From Chloroflexota bacterium (GTDB lineage Bacteria > Chloroflexota > Limnocylindria > Limnocylindrales > CSP1-4), in the NCBI GenBank assembly GCA_003152995.1, contig PMBR01000089.1, positions 45,893 through 109,892 on the forward strand: a DNA stretch of 64,000 bases. Direction: 5' to 3'. The position numbers were made by a program, and so were the translations under genes. The notes beneath the pieces were generated by a model. The model saw nothing but the letters and a program-made list of their open reading frames with translations. It was not told the origin of the DNA and ran no database searches. Shown piece by piece: positions 56,952 to 64,000 of the stretch (position 1 is the stretch's first letter; every line of letters begins with the position of its first letter).

Positions 56952-57854
56952 ATGAGCCTGTCCAGACTCCACGGCATCGATCCCGGTCGCGTCGGCGTGT
57001 TTGCCGGTCCGCTCAGTGGCCAGCCCGCCGCAATCCAGCGCGAGTTCGCACGTGAGATGGAGCGGCTCGGCTACGGCACGATCTGGTACGGGGAGTCGCT
57101 CGGGCGAGAGGCGTTCGCGCAGGGCGCCATCTACCTTGCGGCCACCGAGCGTCTGGTCGTCGCCAGCGGCATAGCCAACATCTGGGCCCGAGACGCGGCG
57201 GCCATGGCCAACGGCGGGCGGACCCTCGCCGAAGCGTGGCCCGGTCGATTCATCCTCGGCGTCGGCGTCAGCCACGCCCCACTGGTCGAGATGCGCGGCC
57301 ACGACTACGAGCGGCCCTATACGGCGATGGCCGAATACCTCGACGCGATGGACGCGGCGCCCTGGCGCGGCCCCGAGGTGGCGCTGCCGCCCGTCGTTCT
57401 GGCGGCCCTTGGGCCCAAGATGGTCGGCCTCGCCGACGAACGCGCGGCCGGCGCATACACGTACTTCAGCACTACGGCCCACGTTCGGGAGGTCAGGCGG
57501 ATCTTCGGTCCGAAGCCATTTCTGGCAGCGGACTTGCCGGTGGTCCTGGCCGGCGATCTGGCTTCCGCACGAACCATCGGCGATCGCCATCTCGGCTCCT
57601 ATCTTGGCTCCGCCAACTATCGCAACAACCTGCTGCGGATCGGCTGGTCTGAGGCCGATCTGGAAAAGCCCGGTTCGGACGCGTTGTTCGAGGCCATCGT
57701 GGCCTGGGGCGACGTCGGTCGAATAGCCGACAGGATGCATGAGCGTTTCAAGGCAGGCGCCGACCAGGTCGTCCTGAATCTCGTGGCCGCCGACCCATCC
57801 GCTCCGCCTCTGGCAGAACTGAGGCTTTTCGCCCCGCTCACTCAGGGCACGTAG
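56952..57854 (+). CDS. LLM-class F420-dependent oxidoreductase
   Basis: GIANIWAR, GRFILGVGVSH, LAALGPKM, AGADQV. Confidence 0.88.
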   Translation: MSLSRLHGIDPGRVGVFAGPLSGQPAAIQREFAREMERLGYGTIWYGESLGREAFAQGAIYLAATERLVVASGIANIWARDAAAMANGGRTLAEAWPGRFILGVGVSHAPLVEMRGHDYERPYTAMAEYLDAMDAAPWRGPEVALPPVVLAALGPKMVGLADERAAGAYTYFSTTAHVREVRRIFGPKPFLAADLPVVLAGDLASARTIGDRHLGSYLGSANYRNNLLRIGWSEADLEKPGSDALFEAIVAWGDVGRIADRMHERFKAGADQVVLNLVAADPSAPPLAELRLFAPLTQGT

Positions 57855-58129
57855 CTCGAGCGGCGCGGGCCGAGATCGCGCGATCTGCCACTCCGATCTC
57901 CGGCCATCGGGCGACCCACGCGGGGAGACGGTCGACCCGCTCAGAGAGACAGTCGACCGCCGGGGGTGACTCCGGGTTGTGCCTGGGGCACGATTTGCGT
58001 GTGAGCGGCCGCAGGCTCCCGAGGCTTACCTTCCTCCCTCCTGGCCATGCGACCAATCGGAGTGTGCGGCGCTCACTCCGCGATGCCGTGAAGGTTTCGC
58101 GGCGTGGCAACTACAGCGAGGTCGGGAGA

Positions 58130-58420
58130 ATGTGCCGATCGATTCAGCCCCTTCACAACTACCGGCCCGCGACCGGCCCTGACGAGGTACGCGCCGCGGC
58201 GCTCCAATACGTCCGCAAGGTCAGCGGCATGGCTCGGCCGGCGCAAGTCAATCAGGCCGCCTTCGACCGGGGAGTCGAGGCCGTCGCGGCGGCCACTGCC
58301 GCGTTGCTGGAGGCCCTCGTCGCCACGACGCCGCCGCACGATCGGAGTGTTGAACGGCAGCGTGCCCGCGCGCGGTGGGAGCGCAGCGCGGCACCAGCCC
58401 GAGCGGGCGGGACCGGCTAG
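58130..58420 (+). CDS. DUF2277-family protein
   Basis: MCRSI..L.N..P, AAALQYVRKVSG. Confidence 0.85.
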   Translation: MCRSIQPLHNYRPATGPDEVRAAALQYVRKVSGMARPAQVNQAAFDRGVEAVAAATAALLEALVATTPPHDRSVERQRARARWERSAAPARAGGTG

Positions 58421-58594
58421 CCCTGAACGTGTGGCACGTCCCGGAGTGCGGATCGCGGCCCCGGTCGGCGGCCGTCTGGCGCGACATATTGCGAGCGGCA
58501 AGGCCACCGTCCGTCCTCCACCGTACCTCGTCTGTGGCCACGTTCGACTTGCCTTCAGGCAGGCCGCAGCGGACCCGGCAGGAGGAAGTAAATC

Positions 58595-59704
58595 GTGCGT
58601 CCCATTCCAAACCTGCGCCGCCCAGCGGTAGCTGCCGCGGCAATGACCGCCCTGGTCGCTGCCGCGATCATGCCCGCGGCCGCTGCGGCAAGTACGACGC
58701 CTTTCCTAACGTCCCTACCGATGCAGACCGTGGTCGCCTCCACGGTGCCGTCCAACGGCGACATAAACCCGTACGGCATCGCCGTGGTGCCGCGAACCAC
58801 CGGTCACCTCGTCAAGAACGATGTGCTGGTCAGCAACTTCAACGCAAGCTCCAACCTCCAGGGCACTGGCACAACGATCGTGCAGATCTCGCCCATGGGT
58901 GCCCGAACCGTGTTTGCCACGGTGATGTCCGCCGACGTACCAAGCTGCGTTGGGGGCGTGGGCCTGACAACGGCCCTGGCAGTATTCAGGAGCGGCTGGG
59001 TGGTCGTCGGTAGCCTGCCGACTACGGACGGAACCTCTGCCACAGCCAAAGCCGGCTGCCTCATCGTCCTCGACCGCTGGGGGCATGTGGCCAGAACGAT
59101 CCACGGTGGCTCGATCAACGGACCGTGGGACATGACGGCGCTGGACCGTGGCGACAGCGCGGTGCTCTTCGTCTCCAACGTCTTGAACGGGACGGTGGCG
59201 GCGGGCGGTAGCGTGGTCGACCGCGGCACGGTCGTCCGGGTCGACCTTTCGTTCGAAGGAATGAAGCCAATGGTGACTTCTGAGCGCGTGATCGGCCGCG
59301 GCTTCCCGGAGAAGACGGATCCAGCCGCTCTGGTACTCGGACCGACCGGCCTGGCTCTCGACAGCCACGGGAATCTCTACGTTGCGGACACCCTCGACAA
59401 CCGCGTCGCGGTCATCTTCAACGCCCTCGGTCGGATGACGGCTTCCCACATGGGAATGACCGTGTCGGCACATCACTTCCTGAACCAGCCGCTCGGGCTG
59501 GCGATGGCCCCGAACGGAGACGTCCTGGCGGTCAACGCGGCCGACGGCAACGCAGTCGAGATCAGTCCCGCCGGCCATCAGGTCGCTAAGCGGTTGCTCG
59601 ACTCGACCGGTGCCGGAACCCTCTTTGGGCTGGCGGTCGCCCCGGGCGGACACGGGATCTACTTCGTCGACGACGGCTCAAACAACCTGCAGCTGCTGCA
59701 CTGA
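58595..59704 (+). CDS. Secreted NHL-type beta-propeller protein
   Basis: AGGAGG RBS; signal peptide; NPYGIAV, GPWDM, GPTGLAL..LYVADT..NRV, QPLGLAM. Confidence 0.8.
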   Translation: MRPIPNLRRPAVAAAAMTALVAAAIMPAAAAASTTPFLTSLPMQTVVASTVPSNGDINPYGIAVVPRTTGHLVKNDVLVSNFNASSNLQGTGTTIVQISPMGARTVFATVMSADVPSCVGGVGLTTALAVFRSGWVVVGSLPTTDGTSATAKAGCLIVLDRWGHVARTIHGGSINGPWDMTALDRGDSAVLFVSNVLNGTVAAGGSVVDRGTVVRVDLSFEGMKPMVTSERVIGRGFPEKTDPAALVLGPTGLALDSHGNLYVADTLDNRVAVIFNALGRMTASHMGMTVSAHHFLNQPLGLAMAPNGDVLAVNAADGNAVEISPAGHQVAKRLLDSTGAGTLFGLAVAPGGHGIYFVDDGSNNLQLLH

Positions 59705-59726
59705 TCCACAACTGCGGAACCAACCC

Positions 59727-59763
59727 GGTGGCGGGGCCCGGCCGATGCCGCGGCCTCGCCACC
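59727..59763. terminator. Stem-loop between convergent genes
   Basis: GGTGGCGGGGCC ... GGCCTCGCCACC (one G-U pair). Confidence 0.5.
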
Positions 59764-59880
59764 ACTCCTCATGCCTTGAACATTGGGGGTGTTCGCGGCT
59801 CCCCGATGGCCGAACGGTCGTGAGAACACGAGGCGCTCGACGGCGAAGTGCCGCCCGCGAACACGCCCCTCGCCTCTTGC

Positions 59881-60657
59881 CTACCCGACCGGGAGATTCG
59901 TCTCGTCAGAACCGCCATCTTCGGGGGCGATGCCGCCATCGACGCCAGCTTCCGGAGCCGTTTCGGTCGTCTCCTCCGGGGCGGAGCCAGACGAGACCGC
60001 CGTGGCTCGCGTCATCCGCCGAGAGGACATCAACCGTCCCGCGGTCCACATTCCGGCGATACCGAGCGCCAGACCGGCCAACAAGCTCACAGCCAGGACC
60101 AGCCACCGGCTGGGGCCCTCGCTAGGCTTGGCAGGGGCACTCTTTGCCTCGATTATCGAGACAGTAATCCACGAATAGCGGTAGTACGAGCCTGCCGGAG
60201 TGCCGGTGAGACAGGAAACGCCAAGCGGCGCGGCTCCGAGGGCAGCTCCGGCCGGCACGGGCAGATTGACCTCCCAGGATCCATCGTCGGCGGCCGCGGC
60301 CGTGGCGCTGACCAGCGAAGGTCCGGCTGGATCTTGCCCCGCGAGGACGCGCGCCATTACTGAGACGGTGTGTGATCCAAGTACCTTGCTTGGCACGGCG
60401 GGGCAATCTCTGGTGCTTGTCAGGTGCAGGACTGACCCCCGCTCGACCGAAAACGAAAAGCCGAGGGTGGTGCTCGACTTATCCGGGGCCGGCGTCGCGG
60501 TCCGACTCGGCGTTGCCGACGCCGTCCGGCGCGGCGTGGCCGACGCGCCCGCTGTCGCAGACGGGGAGGCGCCGGGCGTCGGCGATGCGGCGACAAGCGT
60601 GAACATAGCGACAGCCACGCCCGCGAGTGCGAGTGCGAACGGCAACCTCGACTTCAA
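59881..60657 (-). CDS. Hypothetical exported protein with a C-terminal TM anchor
   Basis: GAGGAGGAG RBS + TTG; signal peptide, SATP repeats, C-terminal hydrophobic helix followed by RR. Confidence 0.7.
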   Translation of the reverse strand: MKSRLPFALALAGVAVAMFTLVAASPTPGASPSATAGASATPRRTASATPSRTATPAPDKSSTTLGFSFSVERGSVLHLTSTRDCPAVPSKVLGSHTVSVMARVLAGQDPAGPSLVSATAAAADDGSWEVNLPVPAGAALGAAPLGVSCLTGTPAGSYYRYSWITVSIIEAKSAPAKPSEGPSRWLVLAVSLLAGLALGIAGMWTAGRLMSSRRMTRATAVSSGSAPEETTETAPEAGVDGGIAPEDGGSDETNLPVG

Positions 60658-60833
60658 AATAGCTCCTCCTCTTGGCCGGCGGCCAACCCCACAGGGCGCC
60701 AGACGATTCTCAACCGGTATCTTGCCACACGGCAATGGGCGAGACGTCGTGGTCGAGCATCGTCGGGTGTCTCCACCAACGATTGCGGACCGTGCCGATC
60801 CCTCAGCCGATTGACGATCCCAAACTTGCCAGG

Positions 60834-61970
60834 TCAGGCCGCAATGATGGGCTCGATCGGGTAGTCGAAGAGGATCTCCGGTCCGGCGGGACCGACGCGG
60901 TAGACGTCTTCGAAGCGGACGCCGCCGTATCCCGGGATGGCCAGGACCGGGTGCCCGATGGTGACCGTCATTCCCTCCGTCAGGGGCAGGTTCTTGTGGG
61001 GCGGGATGATCGTGGAGGCGGGTGGCTCCTCGAACCTGAGGCCGATGCCGTGGCCGATGCCGTAGACCTGGTAGTCGCCGAAACCGTGGGCCGCGCAAAC
61101 GATCTTCGCAATTCCGTCGAGTTCGCTCGTGGTGACGCCGGGTCGCATCCCGGCCCGGACGGCGACCACGATCTCTCGGTAGGTCGCGATCAGCTCCCCC
61201 TGGCGAGCCTCGGGCTCGCCGACCACGAAGGTCCGAGCGAGGTTGGCGCAGTAGCCGTCGACCTGCGGCGTCAGGTCCACGAGCACGAGTTGGCCGCGCT
61301 CAAGCGGCTCCGGGCTGATGCGGCCGTGGAGCATGCACGTTTCTACGCCGAAGTTGACGTAGATCGGCGTGCTCGTGCCCTCGGCCCCGGCTCGCATCAT
61401 GGTGTACGTGGCTTCGGTCGCGATCTCGTGAGCAGTGACGCCCGGGCGGAGCAGATCGCGCGCTCGATCCATGCCGGCGCCGGCGATCCGCTGGGCTTCG
61501 GCCATGAGCGCCAGCTCGTCGACTTCCTTGATCGTTCGCAGCGGGTCCATGACCGGATCCGACGAGACGACCTCAACTTCCGGGTTCACCTGCTTGAACA
61601 TGTCGACCAGGAAAGCCGGGGTTGCGAACCACATCTGCAGCCCGACCTTGAAGCGGCCGTCGGTTGCCCAGTCGGCCGGCGCGGTTGCAGCGATCTCGCG
61701 CAGCCTCCCAACGACGTCGTGGATCTGGCCGCCAACGCTGCCAAACACCCGCACCTTGCCCTCGGCCAGCGAGGCCCGCAACTCGGGCTCTTCGCCGGTG
61801 AAAGCGATCAGTTCGGGCGGGCCCTGGAACGGAATGAGCGCTCTCGGTTGGGTTCTGTCGCTGCCGAAGAGGTACCGATAGTCGTCGTGGTTGAGGATGA
61901 GGATCGCGATCCAGCCCCGCTCGCACATCGCTGCCTGGATGCGGGCGATGCGGTCGAAACGAACCTTCAA
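60834..61970 (-). CDS. M24-family Xaa-Pro peptidase/creatinase-like protein
   Basis: GGAGG RBS + TTG; LRTIK..E, LVLVD..DGYCANLARTF, GHGIGL, GVRFED. Confidence 0.88.
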   Translation of the reverse strand: MKVRFDRIARIQAAMCERGWIAILILNHDDYRYLFGSDRTQPRALIPFQGPPELIAFTGEEPELRASLAEGKVRVFGSVGGQIHDVVGRLREIAATAPADWATDGRFKVGLQMWFATPAFLVDMFKQVNPEVEVVSSDPVMDPLRTIKEVDELALMAEAQRIAGAGMDRARDLLRPGVTAHEIATEATYTMMRAGAEGTSTPIYVNFGVETCMLHGRISPEPLERGQLVLVDLTPQVDGYCANLARTFVVGEPEARQGELIATYREIVVAVRAGMRPGVTTSELDGIAKIVCAAHGFGDYQVYGIGHGIGLRFEEPPASTIIPPHKNLPLTEGMTVTIGHPVLAIPGYGGVRFEDVYRVGPAGPEILFDYPIEPIIAA

Positions 61971-62081
61971 TTCAGCCTCCGAGTGCGGGACCGGTCACGT
62001 CGACTTCGTCGTCCGACCGGCAATGGCGCGACCACGGTCACTCCACCGGCAGCATAGTCCACCTCGACGGACGGCCCTGGC

Positions 62082-62168
62082 GAAGTCGCCGCGAGCCTAA
62101 TGAAGTCGCTGCGAGCCTAGTGAAGTCGCTGCGGGCCGGGCCCGGGCCCGAGCCCGAGCCCGAGCCGA
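62082..62168. repeat. 20-bp tandem repeat (GAAGTCGCYGCGAGCCTART, about 2.8 copies) followed by a CCCGRG hexamer run
   Basis: Units start at 62082, 62102 and 62122, with no spacers. Confidence 0.85.
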
Positions 62169-62325
62169 GTATTGCGGCATCTTCAGGGCCGGGCCGCTCA
62201 CCGTTCATGGGCCGCCCAGCCACCACTGCGCGAGTTTTCTGACCACGCACATCAACTGACCGCGTTACCTGGAGCCGGTAGCCGCCAGGTCGCCGGCTCC
62301 GCTCCCGGCGCCCGCTCCGGCCGGC

Positions 62326-63999
62326 TCAGTTGACGACGATACCGGTCTGGGTTCCCGCGATAGAGACCACCACTGTGTCGGTCGCGGTCACTGTCCAGGT
62401 GCCAGGGGTATTGAGGATCACGTTCCCGACGAAGACGTGGGTGCCGTTGTCGGCGGCTGTGAACGTGTAGTCCGCTGGGAGGCCCGCCAGCGGGTCCGTA
62501 CTGGTGAAGTGGACCTTGCCGCGATACGTGACGCGGTTTCCATCAGCGTCGGTCGCCGTCACCCGAATGCTGCCGGTCGACCCCGCAGTCCGCGGCGTCG
62601 TCAGGCCCGAGACCACGAGCTTCGACGCGGCTGGTTGGACCAAAATGCCGGTCTGGGTGCTCGTGAGCGATGCGGTCGCCGTATCGGTCGCGGTCACAGA
62701 CCGGGTGCCGATGGTCGTGAGGATTACGTTTCCGACGAAGACGTGGGTGCCGTTGTCGGCAGCCTTGAACGTGTAGTTAGCGGGAAGGCTGGCCGCGGCG
62801 TCGGTGCTCGTGAAATGGACCGTGCCGCGATAGCTGTAGACGCGCTTGCCGGCTGCGTCGAGCGCGGTGACCCGGATTGAGCCTGTCGAGCCGGCCGTCC
62901 GAGGCGTCGTCATGCCGTAGGCGACGATGCTCGTAACTACGTGAGGAGTGACGACGATGCCGCTCTGGACCCCGGTGAGGCTGACCGCCGTGTCGCGCGC
63001 CGTGACTGACTGTGTGCCGGCGGTCCTGAGGATCACGTTCGCGGCGAAGACGTGGGTGCCGTTGTCGGCGGCAGTGAAGGTGTAGTTAGAGGGCAGGCTC
63101 GCATCGGGGTCTGAGCTTGTGAAGTGGACCGTACCTCGATAGCCGTAGATGCGCTTGCCCGCTGCGTCCAAGGCGGTGACCCGGATGGAGCCCGTCGAGT
63201 CCGCGACCCGCGGCGTCGTCATGCCGGAGACGACGAGTCGCGGGGCCGTAGGCACCAGGGCGAGGCTGGACTGCCAGCCCGCGGCGATCGCGGTGACGCC
63301 GGACAGGCCGGCTGGGACGTCGGTCTGTCCGTTGCCGTCGTCGCCCCAGGCGACGACCGTGCCGTCCGACTTCAGAGCGAGGCTGTGGTTGAGCCCCGCC
63401 GCGATCTCGGTGACGCCCGAGAGGCCGGCCGGGACGGGCGCAGAGCCCTCGCACCCGCCCCAGGCAACGACGGTGCCGTTCGACTTCAAGGCGAGGCCGA
63501 ACCAGCCGCCGGCGGCAATCGCGGTGACGCCCGAGAGGCCGGCCGGGACGTCGGTCGCGCCGCACGCGTCGTCGCCCCAGGCGACGACGGTGCCGTCCGA
63601 CTTCAGGGCGAGGCTAAGGCTGCCACCGGCAGCAATCGCGGTGACACCCGACAGGCCGGTCGGAACGGTGTACCCGTAGTCGCCCCAGCCGACGACCGTG
63701 CCGTCCGACTTGAGGGCGAGGCTGTGCGGGTACCCGGCGGCGATCGCGGTTACGCCTGACAGGCCGGCCGGAACGTCGGTCTGGCCGTAGGCGTTCCAGC
63801 CCCAGGCGACGACCGTGCCGTTCGACTTGAGGGCGAGGCTATGGCTGCCACCGGCAGCGATCGCAGTGACGCCCGAGAGGCCGGCCGGGACGGTGGCCTG
63901 GCCGAGGCCGTTGAAGCCCCAGGCGACGACAGTGCCGTCCGACTTGAGAGCGAGACTGTGGGTAACACCGGAGATCGCTATGACGTCCGAGAGGCCGGC
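62326..63999 (-). CDS. RCC1/BLIP-II repeat surface protein with three C-terminal Ig-like repeats (5' end outside the window)
   Basis: Frame stays open to the window end; repeats VPAGLSGVTAIAAG..HSLALKSDGTVVAWG; three units of about 100 aa GSIRVTA.DA.G..Y.GTVHFTS..YTF.AADNG.HVF. Confidence 0.9.
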   Translation of the reverse strand, partial: AGLSDVIAISGVTHSLALKSDGTVVAWGFNGLGQATVPAGLSGVTAIAAGGSHSLALKSNGTVVAWGWNAYGQTDVPAGLSGVTAIAAGYPHSLALKSDGTVVGWGDYGYTVPTGLSGVTAIAAGGSLSLALKSDGTVVAWGDDACGATDVPAGLSGVTAIAAGGWFGLALKSNGTVVAWGGCEGSAPVPAGLSGVTEIAAGLNHSLALKSDGTVVAWGDDGNGQTDVPAGLSGVTAIAAGWQSSLALVPTAPRLVVSGMTTPRVADSTGSIRVTALDAAGKRIYGYRGTVHFTSSDPDASLPSNYTFTAADNGTHVFAANVILRTAGTQSVTARDTAVSLTGVQSGIVVTPHVVTSIVAYGMTTPRTAGSTGSIRVTALDAAGKRVYSYRGTVHFTSTDAAASLPANYTFKAADNGTHVFVGNVILTTIGTRSVTATDTATASLTSTQTGILVQPAASKLVVSGLTTPRTAGSTGSIRVTATDADGNRVTYRGKVHFTSTDPLAGLPADYTFTAADNGTHVFVGNVILNTPGTWTVTATDTVVVSIAGTQTGIVVN

Positions 64000-64000
64000 C

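Noticed and set aside
57937..58050. Possible minus-strand small ORF of about 35 aa (MARREEGKP...)
   Set aside because: No RBS upstream of its ATG and no recognisable features
62082..62137. Possible CRISPR array
   Set aside because: Repeats are contiguous with no spacers, only 20 bp long, and no cas genes are present
63489..63999. ORF-track start at 63489 for the RCC1 protein
   Set aside because: The frame continues without a stop to the window edge with more repeats, so the true start is outside the window

Overview
High-GC bacterial window, densely coding (about 51 CDS). It probably comes from a monoderm soil or freshwater organism such as Chloroflexota or Actinomycetota; this is inferred from gene content only. 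No rRNA, tRNA, CRISPR array or mobile element was recognised. From left to right it holds: a LacI regulator, xylA and xylFHG; a minus-strand operon of a secreted vanadium-haloperoxidase/PAP2-type protein, a CRTAC1/ASPIC-UnbV protein and a degenerate M24-fold protein; an orphan AMMECR1 gene; an HtrA + two-component envelope-stress module; two ABC exporters with a TetR; a membrane-anchored WD40 protein carrying STAND/Apaf-1-like helical domains but no NTPase; two paralogous exported proteins; a GT4 / hypothetical / GH130 operon; a TetR-led menFDHBACE operon; a LacI-controlled YphC-like dehydrogenase / sugar ABC / aldo-keto reductase / fucose-isomerase cluster; a phosphoesterase, MFS transporters, F420-type oxidoreductases, a second degenerate M24 protein and a partial RCC1-repeat surface protein. 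The best leads are: (1) an exact 23-bp upstream motif tying the haloperoxidase-like operon to the xylose regulon; (2) a MenE-alpha/beta-hydrolase fusion that may replace the missing MenI; (3) the NTPase-less membrane STAND-like WD40 protein; (4) the YphC-like/AKR/FucI sugar pathway with three operator sites. All family calls come from motif reading by eye, not from database searches.
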